DNA of 59,667 nt, counting the filler, from Sphacelaria rigidula (Eukaryota), in assembly GCA_964200075.2 (NCBI GenBank). It is 6 parts of 6 records of this genome, joined end to end, with 100 filler letters (N's around TTAATTAATTAA, not from the genome) between each part and the next. Parts side by side here need not be neighbours in the genome. Positions count along the whole stretch, not along the records: positions 19,925 to 29,785 come from CAXNAA020007609.1; positions 29,886 to 39,746 come from CAXNAA020007610.1; 4 more parts are not named here. The stretch is one strand, 5' to 3'. Shown here in pieces: positions 24,724 to 37,884 of this stretch. Each line of letters begins with the position of its first letter. Within the stretch, counting starts at the first letter, position 1. A program made the translations under genes and the position numbers. Below the pieces are notes generated by a model. It made no database searches and had not been told where the DNA came from. It worked only from the letters and a program-made list of their open reading frames with translations.

Positions 24724-25214
24724 GGCCGCTCCGTGTGGCAAAATAATAAAATGTGGAAAAGTGCCTTTTTGGAGCTGATACGTCGTTTTACGCCCTAAAA
24801 GAGAGCTATAATAGGCGGATTTTGACACCTTAGAATGCCTTGCTGTAGTTGTTGAGACGGTTCCGCAGACCTGTGCGTTTTTCCGGTGACCGCGTTTTTT
24901 TTTCTGTCAAAACCTTGTCCAAACTTGAATTTTCGCGGAGATCAGTCGTTTTTCTCGGAGACCGGTGAAGTCCAAAAACAATTCCGAGAGTTGTCTGGAT
25001 TTTTTCTTGGACCACCGGTGAAGTCCAAAAACAAAATGCAAGCTTGGCAAAAAAAAAATGCGACCACCGGAAAAACGCACAGGTATGGTGGAACCGTCTC
25101 AACGAGTACAGCACGGCATTCCAAAATAGCTCTCTTTTAGGGGGTAGAACAACATAGAAGCTCCAAAAAGGCGCTATTCCGTATTTTGATTGTTGTCTAC
25201 CATAGCGAGCGGCC
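24724..25214. mobile_element. PIF/Harbinger (Tourist)-type MITE with long imperfect arms
   Basis: TCA|GGCCGCTC...GAGCGGCC|TCA (3-bp TSD); internal CCCTAAAAGAGAGCTA / TAGCTCTCTTTTAGGG. Confidence 0.8.
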
Positions 25215-25872
25215 TCAACAACGAGAATCGGACACTTCTAAGAGGAAGAAAAATGTATGCGCCAGGACCCGAATGCTGAATCTCACGCCGTCAAGGGTCT
25301 CAGTTGGACCAATTTCCACCGCGGCACGGCGGATGACTATTCTATTCGGATCTTCTGGGGGATGACAGCCCCAAGTGCTTGCCCAGCGTGCGCAGCGCTC
25401 GCTGAGGCTTCCACCGGTGCCTGCGGTGCCGATTCGAGCTCTACCAAGGCACACTGTGCCCAGGGTACCCTCTAGACCGTCTCGCCCGACGTCTTTCTGT
25501 CTACGTTGCGTTTGGGTTCGGGTTAGTCCTCGACCGCAGGGGTAGGTCATCTGTTGAACCGACATCTCTTTCACACGAAAAATTACCGCGTGACCCAGTT
25601 GATCTCCTCTGGTCGTCAAAGGGTTAGGGTTGAAAGATTTGATTGACTGTTGCACATACACTGATCCCCGAGGGACCCAGCCGTGGTCAAGGGATAAGAT
25701 CTACCTACCAAGGGCGATGTAATAAGGTAGAACAAACAAACGAGGGTAAACTAAAGACAAGAGGGTTAGCTCAAGGATTTCGAAAAAATAACGTACGACG
25801 AATCATGTGTCCGGGGCGACGAGTTGAGGTAAACCACTTTCTTTGACGCAGCGATCATGCTTTGAATGGGAT

Positions 25873-26460
25873 CCGGTGTGAAAATCACCACTAGCGACCC
25901 GACCCGAATACTAGTGACCCGGGCCCATCAACCGGTACCCGTCATCCCGGACCTGTCAACCCTGGGACTTTCTTTTGGTCACACTCTAAACCCCTCCCTT
26001 CCTCGGGACGGGTCCGCGGTCTGGAGGGATCAACCCATCACTCGTCGGTATTGTCATCCTCCAATTCCTAGACAGGGCTATGGTCATACCCTTCACTCTG
26101 GACGTTGTCACCCAGCATCTTCCGTCTGTCAGTCTACTCCCTCGTCCCAAGCCCTATCCCTGCAAGGCTCATCAACAGCAAGCCCACGTCGCGTTCCCAC
26201 ATGCTCCATACAATCCTACACACCAGGTGCTGCAGCCTACACATCCACTGTCCTGGGATAGATAGACCATCTCATCATCTACGAGTCCTGCTTATAATGG
26301 CGTCGACGGTAGGACCCGAACCTACGCGTAAAATCAATTGTGTGTTTCCGACACGGATAGCACTCCCGGGGTTGACAGGTCCGGGGTGACAGGTTCGGGT
26401 TGACGGGCCCGGGTCATTAGTGTGCGGGTCGGATCAATGAAGGTGGTAATCACGGCACCG
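25873..26460. mobile_element. Long-TIR element
   Basis: CCGACCCG...GTGACCCGGGCCCATCAACC...CCCGGACCTGTCAACCC is inverted to GGGTTGACAGGTCCGGG...GGTTGACGGGCCCGGGTCA...CGGGTCGG. Confidence 0.7.
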
Positions 26461-28284
26461 CCTCAGCTACAGGGATGTGAATCGGCGACTCCGCTGAAGC
26501 TGGAACAAAAGGATTAGCTCCAGGACTTCGGAAAAAATATAGGATAATGAACCATGTTTTTGGAGCGACGAGTTGAGGTAAATCCGTTTGTTTCACGGTT
26601 CGGACGGATCATCGCCGGTTCGAATAACAAAATCCACGATTCCTTAGACCTGATTGCTCGAGAGAGAGAACAAAGTCGACTCGACCGTACCTGGGTTGCA
26701 ACGCTGAAAAGAAAGCGTAGTGATTGATTCGTACCGTACGAATCAATTAGACTGAAATCAAGTAATTTCCCGACGAATCATTCATTCGATCGACCCTTGG
26801 TTTGTCTGAGGCATCGACCATGCTTTTAACATAATGAATAATAATGGTGAGTTTTCCCACAGGTCCATCAATCCGTAGTCGCTGTGCTGTAGAGAAGCCC
26901 GCTTCTTTTATAATAGCGCACAGACTTCCTAGACAAAACAGCTGCACCTATCTACTTTGGTCTCATACAACTGCTGTGACAGAGCACCAGGAGTAGTGTA
27001 GCAGTACTGTAGCTTTAACTATTGCTTCAGGGTTTGATTCCATCTCCAGACTAGCACGTAATTGAGCGGCATGTTTCCAACAGTGTGTGCGGGGCGATGC
27101 GAGAGCTGGTGGTCTTGTTCAAAACAATTTTGCGTTGATGTACCCCAGAAGGTGGGAAATACGGCACAGGTAAAGCATACACCGATGTCAGGCCTATGCA
27201 GAGAGTGTATCATCAGGTGTGCTTACCGCACCCTCATTATCATCATCCGCTCTACTTCGCGGTCCAGTATTGAGTGCAGGGACAGAACATGCTGGGCCGT
27301 AACGTCGTTCATGTTTCAGCACTCATCTCAAGGCACAAACAGGCCCAAGCCACGTACGTGTTGTCATGTGGAACAAACTTCACCTCGTATGCCGTGTGCT
27401 TAATGACAACCAGGATTTTCCTGAACCCTGGGCCAAACAGAAGCCGGCTCCTAGCATGGCTCCACGAGGACATCTCACTCCCTAGTTGCTTCAATTGCCC
27501 CCGTGCCCACGATGGTACACCCTGCCGTTCTCGTGAAGTGACTGCGAAGCAACCCAACTCGTGGGTCAAATGGTTGTGTCTTCCCAGGCCGCGATCCGTA
27601 TTATCATGTGCTGCTCTTTGATCAACCGAGATTGACAAGAAGCACCAGGATGACTAAACGTATATAATACTTCTCTCACCCCACGCCAATCACAGAACTG
27701 ACTGCAAGCTAGGGCTACAATTGACACAGATGTGGATCAGCTGTTGCTCTCTCTATTTCCCATGATCGTCTCGAAATATATTTTTTCATATTCCCACATT
27801 CGCCTATATATCTTTCGACACGACTCGTATGGCTCGAGTAAAAGGTCCGTACTCTACTACTACTACTGTACTGTACTTACTTCGACTGCTTCCACTTCTC
27901 GAGACAATAATAACGATACGTCTTCGAGGGGCATAGCTCGAGCAACAGCAGAGTATGGAACAAAAGCCAGATTCCCTGCTATTATACAACCGCCCAGTGT
28001 TTGACGCGCGGTCTGATGGATCGTTCGGGCTCTCCTCTTTCTGTATGCATATTTCGCGCCATTATTACCGCGTCAAACCCGGTACGGCCGCCTGGTGGGG
28101 GGGGTTTTAAACGGGATATTACAAGTATTTGAGGATACACTTTTCATCGAGGATGAGCCTCGGAAACGCTTATGAGCGTTGAACTATTTTCGAAAATATG
28201 AATGCAAATGCACTCTCTGGCCGTGATGCGTGCGGCCTCGCTCATCCGCAAGAGAATAATCCGCCACCCACAACTTACTTGTAA

Positions 28285-28727
28285 CACGGGATCTTACAAA
28301 TTGGGGATGGATCTTTTATTGGGGATGAGAAACCCGACGGATTAAAATCTTTCTATCCACACCAAATCTTCGAAATACGGTTCCATTTCTTCACCTACTG
28401 ATAGCTATTGACAACTGCTACACGCCATGGCAATTTGGATTTCGATCACCGAAAGGTTGGGGTCCTAGGTGAAAAACCAATTTTGGGGAATTCCGGGTGT
28501 CCGAACGGACGCCAAAATGGTTCCGAAATTGTTTTTTTACCCAGGACCCCGGCATTTCGGTGATCGAAATCCAAATTTCTACGGCGTGTAGCAGTTGTCA
28601 ATAGCTATCAGTAGGAGAAGAAACGGAACAATATTTCGAAGATTTGGTGTGGATAGGAAGATCTTTATCCGCCGGGTTTCTCATTCCCAATAAAAGAGCC
28701 ATCCCCAATTATTTGTAAGATCGCGTG
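28285..28727. mobile_element. Palindromic (fold-back) MITE, CACGGGAT family
   Basis: Inverted arms of about 200 bp (e.g. TCCACACCAAATCTTCGAAAT / ATTTCGAAGATTTGGTGTGGA) around a short spacer. Confidence 0.85.
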
Positions 28728-28765
28728 TTTGTAGAATTCCGCATTTTTTCATGAGCTGGTTTGGA

Positions 28766-29639
28766 CACGGGATTTTACAAAATGGGAATGGATTTTTTAA
28801 TGAGGGTGAGAACCCGGAGAATTGATATCTTCGCATCCACAGCAAATCTTCGAAATACAGTCCCACTTCTTCACCTAGTGGTAGCTTTTGACAATTCTAC
28901 TACACACGATACAAATTCGGATCCTAACAGAAAGCCGATCATCGAAAGTGAGGATGGAGCTTTTCATTGAGGATGAGAACCCGGAAGATAAAAATCTTCG
29001 TGTATCCACACCAAATCTTTGAAATATTATCCCTTTCCTTTCCCAATTGGTAGCTATTGATAACTGCCACACGCCCTATATATTTGGATTTCAATAACCG
29101 AAATGTTGGGGTCCTATATGGGAAAACAATTTTGGGAAATTTAGGTGATCTGATCTCCACGTAGGGAATATTTCGGTTATAGGAATCCAAATTTGTATGA
29201 CGTGTAGTACTTGTCAATTGATAACTACCTGTAGGTGAAGGAGTGGAGCCATAATTCGAAGATTTGGTGTGGATACGAAGATTTTAATCCTCCGAGTTCT
29301 CATCCTCAAGAAAAGCTCCATCCTCAATTTCGATGATCGGCTGTTACAACCGATATGTTTGGGTCCTAGGTGAATAAATAACTTAACACTTTTGGGGGGT
29401 TTGATGATCCGATCAGATCGCCGAAATTCTCCAAAATTGTTCTTCTAAACAGGACCCCAACATTTCGGTTATCGAGATCCAAATTTGTATGGCGTGTAGT
29501 ACCTGTCAATAGCTACTAGCAAGTGAAGAAATGGAACCATATTTCCAAGATTTGGTGTGGGTATGAAGATTTTTAATTCTCCGGGTTTCTCATCCTCAAC
29601 AGAAAAAGTCATCCCCAATTTTATTTGTAAAATCCCGTG
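28766..29639. mobile_element. CACGGGAT-family fold-back element with internally duplicated arms
   Basis: CACGGGATTTTACAAA...TTTGTAAAATCCCGTG ends; two forward and two reverse arm modules. Confidence 0.8.
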
Positions 29640-29785
29640 TTTTCAGCCTCGAAAAGGATTTCTTTAAGCTCTGATAGCAATAAAACCTAATCGACGGAAA
29701 CGAATTAGGCTGTGATCTGTGACGGTTCAAGAGACTATCAACTAGACTACTGACAAGTCAGCGCTGACTTGTCAGTAGTCTAGTT

Positions 29786-29885
29786 NNNNNNNNNNNNNNN
29801 NNNNNNNNNNNNNNNNNNNNNNNNNNNNNTTAATTAATTAANNNNNNNNNNNNNNNNNNNNNNNNNNNNNNNNNNNNNNNNNNNN
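29786..29885. other. Artificial contig-joining spacer
   Basis: Same linker. Confidence 0.99.
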
Positions 29886-30639
29886 CCCCTTGTCTTCCCT
29901 AAAGGAATGTATGGTAGATGCATAAAGGACATAAGCAATCAACAAAAGATTATGCCCCCCCCCCCCCGCCCCCCCCCGATTTTGATTCCACGAATTTGAG
30001 CTCCCCCGATTTTTTTCGCGGCCCCAAGAAAATCGAGATTCGTCGCCATAAAAGTCGGTCTCATAACCTCCGCGAGCGCAGCGAATCCGCTCGCTGTGCG
30101 AGCACCAAATGTCCCCCCCCGCCCGCCCCGCCTCCCTTTCCCCCGCGCGGCTCGTGGAGCGGCCCCGCTGGGGACGCCGCCGGAGGTGAGAAAATTGAGA
30201 TACATGGCTTTATTTTATTTTTCCTGCGAAATTGGCCTAATCAAGGCCTCCTGGCTTATGAGAAAACGTGTCCAGATTCGACAAAACCCGATAGTCACAC
30301 CGCACGTTTCATCGTTTCATTCCAATGTTTTCGATACGATAACGGTAACGATATTTCCAAACGATATATCGAAAATTTCGGTACGATATCCAACAGTAGT
30401 GGACACGATATTCTGAGTCAAAATTATCTTGAGGAAAAAGTGGTTGACCCTTTTGGGACCGGACTCCCCACAATGGTATGTGTGTGGCACTTTTCCCCAC
30501 TTTCCCTCCACAATCGTGTGTGCTAAGGGCAGGTTTTCGGTAGTTTTGTTTTCAAGTCAAAATGATGCCGATGCACAAAAAGGTTTGAGTTGGCATCATT
30601 TTGACTTGAAAACAAAAAAAAACGGACACCTGTCCATAA

Positions 30640-31108
30640 GCCCCAGACGGCGAAATTAGACGGCGAAATTGGGCCATCTGCTGAATCGGCATAAATTTCG
30701 CTTCACGTCTTGGAGGGCAAGAGTAGGTCACCTGCTGAATCGGCATCAATTTCACTTGAAAAAGTGTTCGTGATCCAGATGGACTACCCTTACGGTCTAA
30801 GGGTTAACCCTTTTGGGACCGAATTCCCAGAAACATGTGATTTGCACGCAGGGGCCTTTATATTAATCGACATAATTTTTAATCGTTTCCAACTAAGAAT
30901 ATTGCCGATTCATGGAAACGCCCCTGTGTGCAAACCACATGTTTCTGGGATTCCGGTCCCAAAAGATCAGGTGGACTACCATCGCGGTCCAAGGGTTAAC
31001 CATTGGACCGCGAGGGTATAGGTCACCTGCTGAATCGGCATCAATTTCACTTGGAAAAAATGTATGTAATCCTGATCGACTACCCGCATCGCGGTCTAAG
31101 GGTCAAAC
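30640..31108. mobile_element. Cluster of piggyBac-like MITEs sharing TTAA sites, including a long-TIR element at about 30808-30965
   Basis: Repeated CTGCTGAATCGGCATCAATTTCAC cores; junctions AAGGG|TTAA|CCC and AAGGG|TTAA|CCATTGGACCGCG; CCTTTTGGGACC...GGTCCCAAAAG palindrome. Confidence 0.7.
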
Positions 31109-31274
31109 GTCTCGCTGCCACTGGTGATGAAGCTTCTGCCGCCTCCTGTGTGACCGTTCACCATTCCCTTTCGTGTCTGGGCGACCGTGTATCATTCCAT
31201 TCCGCGAATTCATCGGATTGTTCGCCCGATATTACAAAAAACATTCGAAAAATATCCATTTCAATTTTTTGGAG

Positions 31275-31531
31275 GGATTGACACTTTCTACGATAGCCCC
31301 CCTAGGAAAAGTGCCTGGTTTGGGGAGGTGAAATTTTCACGTAAATCGAAATGGAAAAAGCCGAGCACAACGAGCAGCTGGGAATTACCACGCTTGGGTT
31401 CGTTCTCGCCGATGTCGCCCATGCGAGGTGCTTCATGCAACCTAAACCCGAACATCAGGCGCTGTATGTCCATTTTTTTCGTGACGCTTTTGAACTGGTT
31501 TTGGGGGGGGTATCGTAGAAAGTGTCGATCC
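31275..31531. mobile_element. MITE with ACACTTTCTACGATA TIR
   Basis: GACACTTTCTACGATAGCCCCCC / GGGGGGGTATCGTAGAAAGTGTC; inverted sibling at about 58249-58507. Confidence 0.75.
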
Positions 31532-32566
31532 AGAGGGCGATGTTTATGGAACAACAGCCCCCCCCCCGATGCCGAGGATAAACGTAAAATCACGAGTCTC
31601 ACTCTTCATTCTCAAAATATTACTCACTTTTTGTCTCGATAACTCAAATTCGCAAACTCAAAATTGGGGGCACCGTTTTATGGTTCAGACAACATAGTAT
31701 CTCAGATTTGTTGAACAGTTGTGTACACAGTCATTTTCTGCACGAGTGTGGTACTGCGTACTCGTGCATGAAGCCGAAGAGCAGGCTGGCGGTGAATAAT
31801 CCTTCGAGTACAGTGTCGTACCTTGGTGCCCTATTATAAGGTAATACAGTGCAGGACACTCCATCAGTACCGTACATTATAATGGTGTGTGGTAGTACAT
31901 GATGGCACAGTGGGTATTTCGAGAATAGTGAACAAACAGTGCGCGAGCAGAGTTCAGTAATGCAGTGCCGTACACCACCCCTCAAGTACAGCGACAACAT
32001 ACTAATACACTACAGAATACGATACCGTTCATTGTACAGTAGTGATGGGCATGGCATCGCAGTGCAACATAAAATATTACCATCGCCGCAGAGTACGGCG
32101 TCAGCACTTGTTATCTGCTTGTCAAACCCCGCGCGAAGCTGCTTCAGCAGCTGGCGCGGACAGGCATGCCCTGCGCTGTCACGAGACTGTCTTCTGCTGC
32201 GGTTGCAAAAGTATCAAACGCCTCGTACAATACTCTAGCATTGTACGCCAATGCACCGTCACCTCAACAAAATGGGGGGAAGTGACAATTTCGGAACTAT
32301 TTCTTTCTGAAATCGTGACACCCCGATTTTTTCTCCTCCGATTTGGTTCAAATCGGTGTCCATGAAATGCGTTGCCCGTTTTTTTTCCCCCAACGCTCGA
32401 AAAAATCGAGATTGGTGACTGCCATAAACCATGGTCTTGGCCTTGCGTGTTCGAAGCTTTACATATGAAAATTCTAGCTATTAATAGAAACGAATCCCAC
32501 AAGGAGAAGCGACAGTTTTGATAGTGTGATCGGCCAATTGGGTCTTTTTCTCCCCTGTATATGATC

Positions 32567-34005
32567 GACCACAGGCTGGTTCACGGAAAACCCCCCAAAT
32601 TCCGTCAACAGCAAAATGCCTTCTGCAATACGCACTCACTAGTCGCATACATGATATCATACTGACCGCAATGAACAGACGAAGAGGGCGACATAGCCGG
32701 ATTTTTGTTTGAGGCTATAGCGGTGGCGCTACGGACAAGAATGTGTCTTGACCCATCAGCGCCTTTCAAACTGTTCCGAAATTGAAAATACGAATTCCAA
32801 GCCCAATCTCCACCGAATCTCCACATGCTTCAAATCGTAGTGACCGTCATCACCTCAAGAATCTAACGGGAGAAACGGATTTGAACACGGTTCCAACGGG
32901 GTCGAATTATACCCGAAACCGTAATGTTTCGGTTATGTGGAGTTTGGCGTCGCCTAATTTCCATTCGTGATACGCAGGAAAGACTCAGGAAGCCTCATGA
33001 CGATTTCCCTTATATTTGTTACAGAAATCCTCAAACTTGGCAGTTCCGTAGGTATTGATGCTCCAAATGAAGAAATTGTGTTCTTGACAAGGGTTTAAAG
33101 TTTCTCCGTTCTTTACCGGCTCCCGGGGGTCCCAGTACAAAGACCCCCGGAAGGCAGTACAGAATGACTGAGAAGAAAAAGTAATAATGTGATGCGTCCC
33201 GGAATGGTCCAAGGAACACATGTACGAAGTTTGGTGGAGAAACTCGAAAATCCCAAACAATTTTTCCTGCCTTGACGTAAAATTCACCCCCAAAGATGTT
33301 TTTATACTCAAATCGAGTAGTCAGGAATTTGCACGTTTTAAGCTCACATCCTCGCACAAACGCGCGAATCTTCACGCATTTATTAGGAGTTAGAGCCTGA
33401 AACTTTGCACAAATGTGCTATGAATCATATGCAAGGTTTCGATCAACGAGGTTTTTCTAATTCTTGGATTTCCTACCATTTTTCGGGGGTCCGACGTAAT
33501 CCAAGTCGTTTTTTCGAAGTTCCCCAAGGAAAAACCCCACAAAGTTTCGTGGCCAAACTCGATTAACTGGTGCTTGAAATTTCATGTTCATGTCAAAGAA
33601 AGCCCAAAATTGCCATTTTCATACCAAAATCACGAAGTTTGCCGTTTCACCGTGGCACGGCAAGGTTCATCGCACAAACGCAAAAAACTTCACGCCGTTT
33701 CAAGGAGTCGGACCCTGAAATTTTGCACAACTGTGCTATGGTTCATTACGCAACTTCATATGGACGAGGTTTTAAAAAAAAATTACCGTTCTACGGGGGT
33801 CCAACTGGATCGAAGTTTCCCCGAAATAACTGGGATCCCGAAAAAACGGTGAAAAAAGTCGAAAAGTAAAAACCTCGACCTTGGAAAGTTGCGTGATGAC
33901 CCATAGAACGCCTGTGCAAAATCTCAGGGTCTAAGTGCTTAAAACGGCGTGAAGTTTTGCCGATGAGTGTTTTTGTATTTATTTTCCGTGAACCAGCCTG
34001 TAGTC
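32567..34005. mobile_element. Non-autonomous DNA element of about 1.44 kb with 24-bp TIR
   Basis: GACCACAGGCTGGTTCACGGAAAA / TTTTCCGTGAACCAGCCTGTAGTC (23/24 match); subterminal modules recur at about 360-735 and, inverted, at 39108-39746; no TSD seen. Confidence 0.65.
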
Positions 34006-34905
34006 TTCCTCCGTAGCAAATTTCAAAGTCTAACTCGCAAAATTGAGGTGAGACGGGGTCTGCAAACAACAAATCTGCGTCTAGGCCGGCCCAGCTCTTT
34101 CTTTACTCGACAAGATGGGCACGTAAATCACCTCTTAAATTTTTTCCCCCCGTCTTGGAGAACACGCGTCCCAGAATCAGAGTCATCATAATGTGTCTCA
34201 AAGAAGGGTTATGTGGAACCCCTCATCCCCCCTCAGAGGTTTTCTAGGATTTTTTTTCGGATGATCGGCGGGCTGAAGCAGCTTGCCATCATCCGAAGAA
34301 ATATCTGGAACAAGGGCGGGGAGATGCCATTTTCAGATTCCCGACATTTTCCCTCGACGGAAACAGTTCCCAAATACGTATATATATGACCCTGAAAAAG
34401 GTTTGGCATATATTTCACCAACGTAAAGGTTTTTTTTCGATAAAAAACAGTTCCAAAAAACCGTTTTGCTCGGAAAAGATTTCGCGGATCTTTTACTCAG
34501 ATGAGGGCACCCACCCGCCCACGGGATACTTGCCATCATCATACTAATTAGTTTGTGACGAAGCAGCCGCCGCTGCACTGTCCGTGAGCTAGTCACACCA
34601 TGGTTGATGGGAGGCGTTTTTGACAAACCCATCTTTTTCCAGACGAACTTTGGTTTCCGCGAAAGCCAGTCTAGTTCTCTCGAGGAGACGGATGGGAAGT
34701 GCACTTCTCTGAATTTTGATTTTTGATCTCGGACACAACTTTACCTCCCCCCAGGAACGGTCTGAAAAGTAGCAGTTCCAAAAAAATGTCCTAACCCCCT
34801 CGAACTTTGTTGGAAGAGTTTTTTCGTAGTGTTACCGTTAGTCTGTGCGAAAAAATCAACCATAGATTTTCGCCCGAAGCTAAAGGTCGCCTCAGAACAG
34901 CTTAA

Positions 34906-35003
34906 CCCTTAGACGGCGAGATTAGTCTTTTTGGATCATGCATACTTTTTTTCACCTGAAATTGATGCCGATTCAACAGAAGACTTACCTCGCGGTCTAG
35001 GGG
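34906..35003. mobile_element. 98-bp piggyBac-like MITE
   Basis: TTAA|CCCTTAGACGGCGAG...CTCGCGGTCTAGGGG|TTAA; reverse complement of 8464-8561. Confidence 0.8.
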
Positions 35004-35006
35004 TTA

Positions 35007-35312
35007 AACAACAGTGTTGTCGTGAGATTGAGAGTAGAGGGTGCGATTGAGAGTGAAGAGCGATCAATTAGTGAACGAATCGTTTCAGTTCCGAAATGTC
35101 TCTGCACGAGGCCCAATGTGCGTTCTGTAGTACCTGGCCACTGAGGCCCTTGATATCCCTGAGTAGGATACCGACGTGTAACTGTAAGCACGCGCAAGTG
35201 ATGAAGACAAAAAAAAGCACACACGAGATGAAAAAACGGCCAAGTTGAAGCGAATGATCAAAGCCACTCTCAATCCGCGCTCTTCTCTCAATCTCACGAA
35301 AACGCTGTTGTT
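35007..35312. mobile_element. MITE with imperfect TIR of about 60 bp (CAGTGTT..CGTGAGATTGAGAG)
   Basis: Inverted ends; the same ends occur at about 38790-38852 and 49637-49700. Confidence 0.7.
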
Positions 35313-35354
35313 ATCGAAGCGTCGCCCCGTCGCTTCAGCTGGGGCCGGTTTGTC

Positions 35355-35590
35355 GTGTTGTGTGTTGTCATGCCCATCTGTTGTGGACGCCAGTCGACAC
35401 CTCTCGGTTGATATAGGCGCATCAGCCGGGGTCACACAGGAGAAAGGCCAACACGCGAGTTTTTTTCTGTCTTTTGTTTAAGTATATTTCACCTCCCTTC
35501 TGCGGTGCTGGCCTTATTTTTGTAATCGTGAGAGAGGTTCAGCGGTCGGTCCCTTTCCCTCGTCAACCGTCAAGTCGAATTTTGAATTTT
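35355..35590 (-). mobile_element. SINE family A, 5'-truncated copy
   Basis: GGCGCATCAGCCGGGGTCACACAGG...CCTTCTGCGGTGC...GGTTCAGCGGTC shared with 10655-10996. Confidence 0.7.
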
Positions 35591-36548
35591 GTGAGATGGG
35601 TGTGGCGTAAAACGTGGCACACGTTGTGCATGTGTACATGTACTTTGGTACAACACTGCTCTCGTATGAGGTATTTCGGGCCTTGATCCCGAAATAGCGA
35701 TGTCGGGGGAGGGGAAAGAATGCCACAAAACGTTCCCAAAGTGACGGTCGCTCCCCCCATGAAGCTCTCCACGATCAGTGCTAGTGAGAAAGCAGCAGGA
35801 ACAGCCCTCAAGTGAAGGATAATCGGTGGCAATTTTTGGCCATCCCGCACACCGTAGCAAATGTACGGCAAGAGGCGGCAGCGTGAAAAGGACCTCGCGC
35901 TTGGCAAACAACAAGGTTTTCGAGCCAGTGCGAGAGCGCGGAGTCTCCTTTGTTTTTGTGCAAATTACTATTTGATGCAACGCACAGGCGGCTCGACTTG
36001 TACACAGAAAAAACCCCTGATCGGCATGACTTTGCGTCGGCATGCAAATGTGTATCGTGTGTGACCGAAATTGGGGTAATCGCTTGACAGCCAGGGTGGG
36101 TCATCTATCTGGATCATGGCATCAATATCTCGAGTAAAAATTGATGCCGATTCCAAGTATACACGGCCCGTGCCGGCGGTCAAAGGATTAACCGTTCCAC
36201 CGCCGGGGTAGGCGATCGATCTGTTGAGTCGGCATCATTTTCAGTATTTTTTACTCAAGTAGAATTGATGCCGACTTAACGGATGATCGATGCTGGCTCG
36301 CCAGGGTCGGTCATGTGGATCATGCAGTGATTTTTCGAGCAGGAAATATTCCGATTCTACAGCTGGGGGTCCAAGATATAGGTCTCGTCTTACCGAGACG
36401 ATAAAATGAGAATGCAACTGTGGGAACGAGAGTGATCGTGACAGTTGTACTTTTGTTATTCTCCTGATCTGGTTGAGGACTGGTGCTCTTTACTCGTAGC
36501 TATCAAGATATTGGGTACCTCGCATTTTCCAACCTTCCAAACCGTTTC

Positions 36549-37030
36549 TGTCCGCTCGTGCAGCACACTCGTAACATCCAAGAATGAAAATGTGGAAAAG
36601 TGCCTTTCTGGAGCTTGTACGTCATTTGACGCCCTAAAAGAGAGCTAGGCGGAGTTTAACACCTTGAAATGACTTGCTCTACTCTTTGAGGCGATTACAG
36701 GGCATCTTCCCGTTCTCCGATGGTCGCAGTTTCTACTTTCTGGCCGAACAAGAATTTTCGTCCAAAAACGGTCAAAAACAGTCAATATGAAAAAAAATCG
36801 CCATTTTCCTCTGGTCTTGACCATTCTCGTACAAAAATTCTTGCTCAGCCAAAATAAAAACTGCGTCCACCGGAAAACGGGAAGATGTCCTGGAACCGCC
36901 TCAACTAGTAGAGCAAGTCGTTCGAAGGTGTCAAACTCCGCCTAGCTCTCTTTTAGGGCGTAAAACGGCGTGACAGCTCCAATAAGTCATTTTTTCATAT
37001 ATTTGTGCTTGTCGGTCATAAGGAGCGGCC
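36549..37030. mobile_element. Second copy of the Harbinger-type MITE family
   Basis: AAAATGTGGAAAAGTGCCTT...GCCCTAAAAGAGAGCTAGG / CCTAGCTCTCTTTTAGGGC...GAGCGGCC|TGA. Confidence 0.75.
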
Positions 37031-37477
37031 TGATGACGTGATATCCCAACCGTTTATCAACCTCGATTAGAATGCGATCGTACGAGGAACACCGTCCCCA
37101 CATGCCTGAAGAAACATGCAAACGACATATCGATGGAAATCTTGGAATATGAGCGAGGGAGCTCTTGAAACCGTTTTTTTTTTCTCTTTGAAGATGAGCG
37201 AGTTATTACCAGCTGAAGCTAGAGGCTGCAGGTTACAGCGTACCCCAGAGCGATGTCCGAAAAGAGGTAGAAAAACAGCAACGCCTCCTGGCACTGCGCC
37301 AAAGATGGTGAGAGACAAGCCACTCGTGTACATAGAGAAGGGGAAGGAAAAACGTAAAGAAATCTTTGCTGGGCGAGAGGCAGCCGTTGCTGCACAGCAA
37401 ACAGACGTTGCTACGGGGAGGACAGCCGTTACTGAGGCGAAGGCAGCCATTGCTAAGGGCTTTGTACCCAATTTTTC

Positions 37478-37830
37478 TGCGTGTACTACACTGCACTGCG
37501 CTGCTTGTACTGTATACTTTATCGTACTGCGCGTACTGAACCGTACCGTACTGTCATGTACTGTACTGCGTTGCGCTGCTTGTTCTGGATGCTCATTTTT
37601 TCTGCGTGTACTGCACTACACTGCGCTGCGTCCACTGTACTGCGCTGCGCTGCTTGTACTGTATGCCCAATCGCACTGCGTGTATACTGCTTATACAGTA
37701 TACTTTATACGGTGTGTACAGTACTGTGCTGGACTGTAGAGTCTGTACAGATTGTGCTCTCTCCTGGTTGTCCTGCTCGGTGTACTCTTTTGCTGCGTGT
37801 ATTGACTGTACTGTTCTCACTGTTTTTTAC
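37478..37830. repeat. Cryptic pentamer simple repeat (CTGTA/CTGCG/CTGCA)
   Basis: Dense TACTG/CTGCG/CACTG units. Confidence 0.75.
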
Positions 37831-37884
37831 CGTGCTGGTGTCTGTAGGGGGCTTTCCATACTATTGGGCGATATGTTTTCGATG

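Noticed and set aside
34333..34704. Tc1-like transposase remnant (SSRTVQRRLL) on the minus strand
   Set aside because: Single short motif; no DDE domain or TIRs found.
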